This document shows, one piece after another, positions 1 through 8,505 of a stretch of 44,973 nt of DNA. A program made the translations under genes and the position numbers. Origin of the DNA: an uncultured archaeon (lineage in GTDB: Archaea > Altiarchaeota > Altiarchaeia > JAFGQM01); the NCBI GenBank assembly GCA_964592405.1, contig CAZQBY010000010.1, positions 1 to 44,973 of the forward strand, in the 5' to 3' direction. The notes beneath the pieces were generated by a model. That model made no database searches, was not told where the DNA came from, and saw only the letters and a program-made list of their open reading frames with translations. Within the stretch, counting starts at the first letter, position 1. Each line of letters begins with the position of its first letter.

Positions 1-1353
1 TTTCTCATACTTGTCACTGGGCTCGGCAATCTGCCGCCACGCCTGATAAAATCCCTGGATGAAAAGCGGTTGACTGCCATGACCGGACCCTCTCCAAGAA
101 GGCCTCCAAACTTCACCCAGTCGCCCGGCTGCGCGCCCGGAACCGGGATTATCCTGACACCTGTTGTTTTATTGTTCACCACTCCTATTGCCAGTTCGTC
201 GGCAATGATGGCAGATATTGTCTCAGCAGGGGTGTCTCCCGGAACGACAAACATGTCCAGCCCCACAGAGCAGACAGCGGTCAGCGCCTCTAGTTTGTCC
301 AGTGAGAGCGCGCCCTCCTTGACAGCTTGGGCCATACCTGCATCCTCAGTTACGGGTATGAATGTTCCACTCAGGCCACCCACATTTCCAGAGGCCATCG
401 CCCCGCCCTTCTTGACTGCATCAATGAGAAGTGCAAGGGCTGCGGTTGAGCCGTGTGCACCCACCCTTTCAACCCCCATGGCCTCTATGATGCGCGCCAC
501 GGAATCACCAACCTCGGTTGTGGAAGCCAGAGAGATATCAACTATCCCAAACGGAACACCAATACTCTTCGCCAGCTCTCTGCCTATGAGCTCCCCTGCG
601 CGTGTAATCTTGAAGGTTGTTCGCTTTATTATCTCGGACAGTTGTGTCAGGTCGCAGTCTTGGTTCTTTTCCACCACGGAGCGCACGACTCCCGGACCAC
701 TTATGCCTATGTTGAGGGAAAAATCCGGTTCGCCTACTCCATGGAATGCCCCTGCCATGAACGGATTGTCTTCCGGCGCGTTGGCAAAGACAACCAGCCG
801 CGCGCAGCCCAGACCCTTGGTTTTTTTGGAAATCTGTTTTATAACCTCGCCTATCTTGATGACTGCATCCATGTTCATGCCGGCGGTGTTGGATGCTAGG
901 TTCACGAAGCAGCATACCCGTTCTGTCTTGGAGAGAACATCCGGCATAGATTCTATTATGCGCACATCACTCTTTGTCATTCCCTTTTGAACCAGCGCGC
1001 CGTAACCCCCGATAAAGTCTATACCTGCGTCTCTGGCTGCCTCATCAAGGGTGAGGGCCAGCTCGATCACTCCGTCTTTGTCCAAGGTCTCCGCTATGAG
1101 GCTGATGGGCGTGACAGAGATGCGCTTGTTGGTTATTGGGATGCCATACTTCTTCTCCAGCATTTCGGCTTTGGAGATGAGCAGCCTGCCGTATTTTGCT
1201 ATCCTCTCACTGACATTCTCCCTAAATCTCTCCAGATTTGAATCCACACAGTCCTTGAGGTTGATGCCGAGGGTGACTGCCCTAATATCAAAGTTATAAT
1301 AGAGCGTCATCTTCACTGTTTCAAATATTTCCTCTATGCTGTAAGCCATCATC
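1..1353 (-). CDS. UPF0210 (DUF711) family protein, partial: a few C-terminal residues lie beyond the left edge. It is missing from the ORF track because it runs off the window.
   Basis: My own translation of the minus strand from ATG at 1353 gives [35 protein letters not shown]...[33 protein letters not shown]. That is 451 uninterrupted codons reaching position 1, and it is typical of the UPF0210 family that pairs with ACT-domain UPF0237 proteins. The plus-strand ORF 70..990 is its low-complexity shadow. Confidence 0.8.
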
Positions 1354-1368
1354 AGCTATACTGCAAAA

Positions 1369-1647
1369 TCAGACCCTGTGCATGGATTTAAACACTTCCT
1401 CGTGCTGCAGCTGGATCTTCAGGTTCATCTCCTTTTCTACCTTCTCCATCTGCGCGCGCAGCTCATCCATGCCGGCCTTGGACTCGGAGACGTCCACAAA
1501 CATGCTCATGACAAAATAGCCCTCCATGACCTTCATTTCCACATCCTCAATGTTGATGTTGTTCTCATAGAGGACATTGGATATACGCGCAATTATGCCC
1601 TTGCGGTCTTTCCCAACAACTGTCAGAAAGCAGAGCTCCTTGACCAT
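1369..1647 (-). CDS. ACT-domain protein, UPF0237 family
   Basis: A 92-aa ORF, MVKELCFLTVVGKDRKGIIARISNVLYENNINIEDVEMKV..., with a classic ACT fold signature. It sits immediately upstream and on the same strand as the UPF0210 gene, which is the conserved pair. Confidence 0.8.
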   Translation of the reverse strand: MVKELCFLTVVGKDRKGIIARISNVLYENNINIEDVEMKVMEGYFVMSMFVDVSESKAGMDELRAQMEKVEKEMNLKIQLQHEEVFKSMHRV

Positions 1648-1696
1648 TTTTTGTTGTGATTTTTTGCCTTTGATAATAGTTAAACCTTGATAATAG

Positions 1697-2749
1697 TTAA
1701 ATCTTATACCTCAGCAGTGCGGCCACTCCTCCCAACCCCTCCAGCCTCTGCCCCGGCTCATGCTCTGAGTTGAGTATATGGAAGTCCGAGCCCGCCTGTT
1801 TGGCTTTTGATATGAGATCCTCAGTCGCCGGTCCTGAGTTATCTCTCAGTCTTTTGTCCAGAACCAGCAGGACCTCAACAGCACCCATCTCAACAGCCCT
1901 TTTGACTTCGTCTTCTCCGTAAGTTGCCAGTCTGTCCTTGGATATCTCCTCCAGAAGGCGGTCCATGAATCTGGCTTCGCGCGCTATGCGCGCGTCACTC
2001 AGCACCTTCTCCAGCTTGCTCCCCTTGAGGATTTCATTGATCCCGGGTCTCCCCTCATTGCCTGTATCTACGACCTGAAAAGCAAGTCTGCTCTTGTCTC
2101 TGGCATAATCAAAGAAATTTCTCTTCTCAAAACCCGGACCACCAAGTATGACCGTCTGGATGCCCTCTCTTCCCGCTTCCTCCTCCAAAAGATTTAGGAG
2201 TTTGGAATAGAATTGCATCTTGCGTTCATCCCTTCCGGATACATACTTGCCACCCAGGTTCTCTCTTGTATCTACATAACGTAATCCCCTGTCGCGGACC
2301 AGTGCCACTGTAGCTTCTCCATCACCGATTACACAGAGCATAACACGCGCCCTTCTGGCAGCCCTTTCCGCATCCTGCAGGTATTTGAGTTCATGGGCTG
2401 CCCACCGTTCCTTGAAAATCTCTATCCGGCTGTGTTCGCCCAGTTCAATTGTGTGGTGCGAGCCGAGGCTTATCAGGTCCTCCGGCCCCGCTTGGATGGT
2501 CCCCAGAATCCGCAGCCGGTTGGCATTCTGGTCGAACTCCGCCTTCTCCACCCTGATTGACAGCGTCATGGCCTCCTTCCGGCCCTTGTCTGCGCGCACC
2601 TTGTCGTCCTTGCTCTTGACAAGCCTCGTAGTCCTGGCCTTGACCAGGTCGCCCTCGCCTATCACCTGGCTGAGATACCAAAGGTCATCAAGGTTCTCGG
2701 CCTGAGCAACCAGGAGGCCGGTCTTCAAATCCCGCTTTATGATTTTCAT
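1697..2749 (-). CDS. pelA: Protein pelota (Dom34 homolog), mRNA surveillance and ribosome rescue
   Basis: 350 aa. The N-terminus MKIIKRDLKTG...ENLDDLWYLSQVIGEGDLV matches pelota domain 1, and the C-terminal eRF1-like domain is present. Confidence 0.85.
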   Translation of the reverse strand: MKIIKRDLKTGLLVAQAENLDDLWYLSQVIGEGDLVKARTTRLVKSKDDKVRADKGRKEAMTLSIRVEKAEFDQNANRLRILGTIQAGPEDLISLGSHHTIELGEHSRIEIFKERWAAHELKYLQDAERAARRARVMLCVIGDGEATVALVRDRGLRYVDTRENLGGKYVSGRDERKMQFYSKLLNLLEEEAGREGIQTVILGGPGFEKRNFFDYARDKSRLAFQVVDTGNEGRPGINEILKGSKLEKVLSDARIAREARFMDRLLEEISKDRLATYGEDEVKRAVEMGAVEVLLVLDKRLRDNSGPATEDLISKAKQAGSDFHILNSEHEPGQRLEGLGGVAALLRYKI

Positions 2750-2789
2750 CGCCTATGTTTTTTTGTCTTCCGGCTTTTAAATAAGGGAT

Positions 2790-3488
2790 ATGACCAAGAA
2801 GCCAGCCAATAAGCCTAAGAGAAAGCCGAGCCTTCCGCTCGGCAGAGAGTTCAGATTGATTGCCGAGGCGAGGAAAAGAGCGGCATCCGTGCTGCTAAAC
2901 CCCATTGGAAAGCGCCCTAAGGAGCCTGTCGACCCCAAGAAGGCGATAGTGAGCCACAGGGGCGATATAATACGGTCGCCGACCTTGGACGACCTGAACC
3001 AAGCCGATGCCCGCACATCTGTAATTGAGCCGGTTCCTGTAAGGCCTGGGACGCTGTGGGAGATGAGCCACCTCTTTCCAAGGAAGGAGGGCCAAACTAT
3101 CCAGTCCCACGTCCAGACCCCGCGGGAGCTGCGCCTGCATGCGCAGTTTGTGCTGCCAAGAGGGGCGAAGACCCCCGTGCTTCACCACCTCCACCTCTCC
3201 CGCGCTGGCACCAAGCCCGAGACTCATGTGGAGAGATTTGTCCTCGGCGCGGAGCGCCAGATAGGCAAGGCCCCGTGGGTCCAGGCCCATCCCATGGTTA
3301 TAACCCCTCAGGGCAAGCTGGAGGTTGACACCCACAACTTCGTCCTGATACGGGGAAAGCGCAGGGAGCTGGAGCGCCAGCTTCTGCAGGCCCTGCCCAA
3401 GGAGCCTTCCAAGCCAACTCTCATGCAGCTCTTCAGGGCCAAGGCGTACAGAGTGCTGGGCCTCAAGCCGCCTAAGAAATCTCGTTGA
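2790..3488 (+). CDS. Uncharacterised basic protein, tandem paralog 1 (K/R-rich N-terminus, conserved C-terminal domain)
   Basis: A 232-aa ORF. It shares an extended motif with the next gene: W.E..H.FPR...Q.I.SH..TPR..RLHAQFV.PR.....LHHLHLSRAGTKPETH..RFVLG...VLIRG.RR.L.R.L. Nucleotide differences between the two copies fall at synonymous third positions, including CGC versus AGG for Arg, so it is protein-coding and not an RNA. Confidence 0.6.
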   Translation: MTKKPANKPKRKPSLPLGREFRLIAEARKRAASVLLNPIGKRPKEPVDPKKAIVSHRGDIIRSPTLDDLNQADARTSVIEPVPVRPGTLWEMSHLFPRKEGQTIQSHVQTPRELRLHAQFVLPRGAKTPVLHHLHLSRAGTKPETHVERFVLGAERQIGKAPWVQAHPMVITPQGKLEVDTHNFVLIRGKRRELERQLLQALPKEPSKPTLMQLFRAKAYRVLGLKPPKKSR

Positions 3489-3552
3489 GGACCCTCTCAG
3501 CGACCTTCTCGCCAAGCAGCTCCTTCAGCCTCTTCATAGGTGTTTTTGTCTG

Positions 3553-4263
3553 TTGAGCCTTAAACAATGTCCAAAAATAGGAGCAATGTCAAAAATGGGT
3601 AAAGCCGGAAGAGGACGCAAACGTCCGCCAATGAAGAACATTTCCCTTCTCATAGACCCGGGGACCATCCGGAGGAAAAAAGATATTATCATTACCCCTT
3701 TGGGAGGAATTCCGGGGAGGGTACCAGATATAAGAAAGGCTGTGATAGACCGGAGGGGGCGTGTTGTTCCAAAAGCGACCAAGAGACTGCTTAATGAGGC
3801 CGACAGACACACGGCCGTTATGGATTATGTAGAAGCCCTCCCGGGCAACATGTGGTATGAGCTGGAGCACATCTTTCCAAGGGATAAGGAACAGTCCATA
3901 AGAAGCCACATACGCACCCCGCGCATGGTTCGGCTTCATGCTCAGTTTGTCCGTCCGCGGTTTCTTGGTGAGGAAGTTCTGCACCACCTCCATCTATCTA
4001 GGGCGGGGACCAAACCGGAAACCCATCTTGACAGGTTTGTGTTGGGGGGACAAAAGCGTATGTTTGGTAGGACCTTTACAAAAGCACATCCACTGGATAT
4101 ACAGCCAGACGGGACGCTCAGGGTGAGGACTGACCGTTATGTTCTCATCAGAGGCTCGAGAAGGTATCTAAAGAGACGGCTGGTCTCCACTCTGCCGGAG
4201 AAGAAAGGCCCGCTCCAGATTTTCAGAAAGGCAGTTTCCAGATTTCTTGGGATAAAGGATTAG
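3553..4263 (+). CDS. Uncharacterised basic protein, tandem paralog 2
   Basis: A 236-aa ORF, paralogous to 2790..3488 with an identical 15-aa core HHLHLSRAGTKPETH. Its 3' end overlaps the stop of the convergent Hel308 gene by 4 nt. Confidence 0.6.
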   Translation: MSLKQCPKIGAMSKMGKAGRGRKRPPMKNISLLIDPGTIRRKKDIIITPLGGIPGRVPDIRKAVIDRRGRVVPKATKRLLNEADRHTAVMDYVEALPGNMWYELEHIFPRDKEQSIRSHIRTPRMVRLHAQFVRPRFLGEEVLHHLHLSRAGTKPETHLDRFVLGGQKRMFGRTFTKAHPLDIQPDGTLRVRTDRYVLIRGSRRYLKRRLVSTLPEKKGPLQIFRKAVSRFLGIKD

Positions 4264-7200
4264 TCAAGTTCTCTGAGTATCCTTTCTGCAGTCTTCTCGC
4301 CCAGCAGCTCCTTCAGCTTTTCCGCCGGTATTCTCTTTATCCCCGCCTTGCCCCTGATACCCGCATTGAACAGTTTCCTCGCCCTCACGCGCCCGATGCC
4401 CTTTATCGACGCCAGCGGGATGAGCTCCTCCTTTATGCCGTGCTTCAGCCGCATCTCCAGCTTCTGCAGCTCCCTGCGCAAAGATTTGTCTGTTTTGATA
4501 TAGAGAACCAGCTCGGAGAAGGAATAGGCCAGCCAGCGGGCCGTGTCCAGCTTTATGCGCAGCAATCCGGGGGCCATGCCATAGTTCTCCAGCACCCAGT
4601 CTTCGGTCCTCTCCTCTATCCAGTCGTTCAGCATGAGCGCGGTCTTGAAGCGGTCGAGGTAGTCGGAGTCGCTCGTGTCCGTCAGGAGCTTGTCCTCCTG
4701 CTCGTAATAGAGCCCCCATATCTCGTCCTCCTCCTTCTTCCTCACGCGCAGCAGGGGGCGCAGCTCCGTCGTGGAGCACATGAAGTCCAGCAGGCCGAAG
4801 GTGTTCACCCGCTTCATCTTGTTTGGGTCTTCAAACACCTGGACGAATTCGTGGGCGGTCTCCGGGTCTATGTAGAGTTCCGAGACGCGACTCCCGAGGG
4901 GTGTGGCCACCAGCCTTTCATCCCCCGAATCCGGCTTGCCGATGTCCGAGGCGGAGACGAACAGGTCATCATCACTCGCGCCACCTTTTGACCTGATGAA
5001 GTCCCACTTCTCCAGCTGGCGCAGCACGCGGTCCACCTTCTTTTTGAACTCCCCGCCAACGCCATACTCGTAGGCGAAGAAGGTCGCCCCAAAGAAGTCC
5101 ATGAGGCTCTTCTTGTCGCGGGTGAAGCCGGAGGCTATCGACGCCAGGACATGCATGCGCAGGACCGGCTCCACGCCCAGCTGTGAGTGGATGTTCTCCG
5201 GCTGGCCGTTGATGTAGTTCTCCTCCAGGAACTGCTTCTCATACTCGTTGGCAGCCAGCAGGACCGACTCCCCCTCCCTGTCGTACTTGGGGCGGCCGGC
5301 GCGGCCGCAATTGTGGACTAAAAAACCGGACGCAATATAGTTCTCATTCCCCTCCACACCAATGTTATACACCTTGATGCCCCCCAAGAAAGCAATATTC
5401 CTCTTTCCGACAATTCTCAATTTAACCTGCTGTCCCCTATTGCGATAATATTTATCAAGATTGTGGTAGCTTTTGTATTGCGCCCCAATCTTGCATTTGA
5501 CAGGCTTTGCATATCTTGCGAAAGTCTTGATGTAATCCTTTCTGTTGAAAGAAATCAAGTAATGGGACTTCTTGAACTCTGCGCTCTTTCCCCGAATCTC
5601 AACCCTAAGGCGCCTCCTTTTGCCTTCTAACTTAGCAACAATCCCCAGTTTTAGGAGCAACTCCTGTATGCCCACGGCAAATTTCTTACTGGAAGAAACA
5701 AACAGTATCCTCTGATTGTCTGTAGTCGGAAAACGCTTGTTCTTGGTCACAGTGTATGAACCGTCACCGTCGAATACCCCCCCCAGGTATGCCCCGACCA
5801 ACTCCTTCGGGGCATTCAGAAGAAAGGGTGGCACACTAACCTTTTCACTTTTGTTCCCGAATGGGATTCCGAAATGCTCGTTCAAGACCCTGCCCAGAAG
5901 CGTATTGCCTATTTCGCATCGGCCCCCATCCCCCTTATATGACACATAAACCTTTCCCGAGACCAACCTCTCCATCACCCGCTTGCTCTTTTCGATGATA
6001 CCCCTATCGTTATTGAAGACTCGTATCTTTATGTACTCGCTTCTTGTCCTTTTGTCAACCGTTCTCTGGATGTTGCCATCAGTGGCGATTATCCCGGCCA
6101 GCCACAGGATATCCTCATCAATCCTGTCCGGGATCTTCAGGAACGAACCATAGCCCGTCTTCACACTCTTAATGTGTGCCTTTCTCTCAAGTTTTAGCAT
6201 ATCCAATAGCCTGATCGCACAGGACAGCGGCATGTTCTTAACATCCTTCTTGTAGTGGTAGATTGACTTTGGGTCGATTTCCAGCTCCTTGCCAAGCTCC
6301 TTGTCAGTTTTTCCAGTCTCTTCCTTTGCCCTCTCCAGCAGATACCCAAGCCCGCTGACAAACAACCTCCCCTTGGGAAGCAAATCTAAAAAGTCAGGAA
6401 TGTATGAATATCCTGATACATACGGATTGAAAACCACCACATCCCCGATTTTTACCTCTTCGGCGGCCCTCCAACCCCTACCGGTTCTTATGGGGTGCTC
6501 TTTGGTCAGCCTTAGCTTGTAACCTTTGTCGGTCGTCAACTCTATCAGCTCATTAGCCTTCCGCTTGAAATAATCCCGGATGGGCTTGAACTCGAGCTCT
6601 CCCATACGCACATTAAAAGATAGGACACTGCAAGCAATCCTCTCTTCGACGACTTTTCCGATGGGCAGAATTCCCTTGTCTGTGACTATCCTCTCCTCAT
6701 ACGGAAGGCACATCTGGAGGTATTCCAAGACCGGGATGTAGTCCAGCCCGAAGCCGCTGTACCGCTTGATGTCGCGTATTATCACCTTGCGCGCGGGCAT
6801 GTTCAGCCCGGCTGCCAGCGTGGGGGTTGCGGCTATGACCTTTATCCTGCCAGCCCTGAATGCCTCCTCTACCAGCGCGCGCTGCTTGTTGACCAGCCCG
6901 GCGTGGTGGAAGGCCGCGCCCCCCTTCACGGCCCGGGCCAGCCTCCTGCACTGCGCGGTGGGAGTGCTGAGCGCTTCAAGGATCTCCTGCGAGGTTTCCT
7001 CCAGCGCCTTTTTCATCCCCTTATCCAGAAGATTTTCAAACATCTCGGCGAACTTCTCGGCTACCGCCTCCGCAGACCTGCGCGAATTGACAAAGACCAG
7101 GGACTGCGCGCCCTCATCAAGAGTCTTCTTTGCCTCGGAGAACATGATGGTGGCCTTGCCTTGGACTATGCGCTGTGTCAGCTTCACAGGCCTCCAGTCG

Positions 7201-7793
7201 GAGCTGATGACCTTCGCCCCCAGCCAGTCGCCCAGCTCCTTCGCATTCCCGATTGTTGCGGACAGCCCAAGGATTTGAATATCCTGAAACATCTTTTTGA
7301 ACTTGGCTATCAGTATCTCGTAGGTAGGGCCCCTGTCTGTGGTTATGAGGTGTATCTCGTCTATGACCAATAACCGCACGTCACGGAACCAGTTGGGGCG
7401 CGAGCGCAGGATGGAGTCGCACTTCTCCGCTGTGGCTATGACAATATCAGCAGTGTTCCTCTGGGGGAGAAATTTGGAGTCCAGGTCTCCCATCTGGAGA
7501 TCCACGCGAAAGCCAAGCTTTTCCCATTTCTTAAAATCCTCATACTTCTCACTCGCCAGCGCGCGCAGCGGTACTATGTAAACCACCTGCCCGCCCTGTC
7601 TCATGGCGCTGAGCGCGGCCAGTTCGGCGATGACTGTCTTGCCGGATGCCGTCGGCGTGGAAACCACGAGTGACTCCCCATCCATGACTCCTGCCTTGAC
7701 GGCCTGCTCCTGCGGCGGGAAGAGTATTTCAATACCCTCACTCCTGAAAATCTCTTCTGCTTTCCTGTTCAGCCCCAAATCCGAAATCTTCAC
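4260..7793 (-). CDS. hel308: Hel308 (Hjm/Ski2-like) DNA helicase carrying one intein
   Basis: 1177 aa. The N-terminus LFPPQEQAVKAGVMDGESLVVSTPTASGKTVIAELA is the Hel308 Q-motif plus Walker A, and DEIH is present. Motif VI is split as ...IPVLEYLQM / intein / CGRAGRPKYDREGE, followed by the winged-helix and HhH C-terminal domains. The start appears to be GTG. Confidence 0.9.
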   Translation of the reverse strand: MKISDLGLNRKAEEIFRSEGIEILFPPQEQAVKAGVMDGESLVVSTPTASGKTVIAELAALSAMRQGGQVVYIVPLRALASEKYEDFKKWEKLGFRVDLQMGDLDSKFLPQRNTADIVIATAEKCDSILRSRPNWFRDVRLLVIDEIHLITTDRGPTYEILIAKFKKMFQDIQILGLSATIGNAKELGDWLGAKVISSDWRPVKLTQRIVQGKATIMFSEAKKTLDEGAQSLVFVNSRRSAEAVAEKFAEMFENLLDKGMKKALEETSQEILEALSTPTAQCRRLARAVKGGAAFHHAGLVNKQRALVEEAFRAGRIKVIAATPTLAAGLNMPARKVIIRDIKRYSGFGLDYIPVLEYLQMCLPYEERIVTDKGILPIGKVVEERIACSVLSFNVRMGELEFKPIRDYFKRKANELIELTTDKGYKLRLTKEHPIRTGRGWRAAEEVKIGDVVVFNPYVSGYSYIPDFLDLLPKGRLFVSGLGYLLERAKEETGKTDKELGKELEIDPKSIYHYKKDVKNMPLSCAIRLLDMLKLERKAHIKSVKTGYGSFLKIPDRIDEDILWLAGIIATDGNIQRTVDKRTRSEYIKIRVFNNDRGIIEKSKRVMERLVSGKVYVSYKGDGGRCEIGNTLLGRVLNEHFGIPFGNKSEKVSVPPFLLNAPKELVGAYLGGVFDGDGSYTVTKNKRFPTTDNQRILFVSSSKKFAVGIQELLLKLGIVAKLEGKRRRLRVEIRGKSAEFKKSHYLISFNRKDYIKTFARYAKPVKCKIGAQYKSYHNLDKYYRNRGQQVKLRIVGKRNIAFLGGIKVYNIGVEGNENYIASGFLVHNCGRAGRPKYDREGESVLLAANEYEKQFLEENYINGQPENIHSQLGVEPVLRMHVLASIASGFTRDKKSLMDFFGATFFAYEYGVGGEFKKKVDRVLRQLEKWDFIRSKGGASDDDLFVSASDIGKPDSGDERLVATPLGSRVSELYIDPETAHEFVQVFEDPNKMKRVNTFGLLDFMCSTTELRPLLRVRKKEEDEIWGLYYEQEDKLLTDTSDSDYLDRFKTALMLNDWIEERTEDWVLENYGMAPGLLRIKLDTARWLAYSFSELVLYIKTDKSLRRELQKLEMRLKHGIKEELIPLASIKGIGRVRARKLFNAGIRGKAGIKRIPAEKLKELLGEKTAERILRELD
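5310..6710 (-). mobile_element. Intein with LAGLIDADG homing-endonuclease domain inserted in Hel308 motif VI (about 467 aa; boundaries +/-3 nt)
   Basis: It begins with Cys (CLPYEERIVTDKGILPIG, block A) and ends GFLVHN, immediately followed by Cys of the C-extein (CGRAGRP). Two LAGLIDADG motifs are present, LWLAGIIATDGNI and LVGAYLGGVFDGDGSY. The flanking exteins rejoin into the canonical Hel308 QM-GRAGRP sequence. Confidence 0.8.
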
Positions 7794-7828
7794 AGCTTTT
7801 ATTTATCTCACCTACAATTAAAGCCACA

Positions 7829-8503
7829 ATGAGAACTCCTGCCATAATCCTAAACTTCAAGACGTATAAAGAAGCCACTGGCAAGGCAGCTATCAGATTG
7901 GCAAAGATGTGCGATGAGGTCGCGAAAGAGAAGGGTGCTGAGATTGTCGTCTGCCCGCAGCTGGCCGACTGCCAGAAGATTGCTGAGTCCGTGGATATCC
8001 CGGTGTTTGCTCAGCATCTTGATGACATCGACCCGGGCAGCCACACGGGTTGGGTGCTGATAGACTCGCTGGTTGAGATAGGCCTGGCGGGCTCGCTGGT
8101 CAACCACTCCGAGCACCGGATAGGAAGAGAAAAGATAGCAGGAGCCGTCAAGCGCCTCAGAAAGGCAAAAATGACCAGTGTCGTCTGCACGCGCGATGTC
8201 CAAGAAACAGCGGAGTTATCAGACCTCAAGCCAGATTTCCTCGCTATCGAACCACCGGAGCTTATAGGATCTGGAATCTCGGTATCGACTGCCCGGCCGG
8301 AGGTTGTTACAGGCGCTGTGAGCGCTGCCAGGAAAAATGTGCCTGTCCTCTGCGGAGCCGGAATCACAAAGGGAGTTGATGTCAAAAAGGCCCTAGAACT
8401 GGGTGCGAAGGGCGTCCTGCTGGCTTCGGGAGTAATCAAGGCTGAAGATCCAAAAAAGGTCCTGAGCGAACTGGCAAGTTATATGTTGGCATCACAGGTC
8501 TGA
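7829..8503 (+). CDS. tpiA: Triosephosphate isomerase (archaeal short type)
   Basis: 224 aa with IILNFKTYKEATG, NHSEHR and EPPELIGSG motifs. Confidence 0.9.
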   Translation: MRTPAIILNFKTYKEATGKAAIRLAKMCDEVAKEKGAEIVVCPQLADCQKIAESVDIPVFAQHLDDIDPGSHTGWVLIDSLVEIGLAGSLVNHSEHRIGREKIAGAVKRLRKAKMTSVVCTRDVQETAELSDLKPDFLAIEPPELIGSGISVSTARPEVVTGAVSAARKNVPVLCGAGITKGVDVKKALELGAKGVLLASGVIKAEDPKKVLSELASYMLASQV

Positions 8504-8505
8504 AC

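Noticed and set aside
70-990. 306-aa plus-strand ORF (with 987..1241 and 1051..1299 continuing it)
   Set aside because: It is S/T/P/A-rich low complexity. The opposite strand encodes a clean 451-codon UPF0210 protein with recognisable family motifs, so these are antisense shadow ORFs.
2895-3515. 206-aa minus-strand ORF overlapping tandem paralog 1
   Set aside because: It is the antisense shadow of a GC-rich coding region and is R/L/G-rich. The plus-strand frame shows paralog-level conservation with synonymous substitutions.
4264-4991. 171-aa minus-strand and 183-aa plus-strand ORFs inside the Hel308 3' region
   Set aside because: Alternative-frame and antisense ORFs inside a well-supported helicase gene. 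Their composition is Arg/Gly/Ala-rich.
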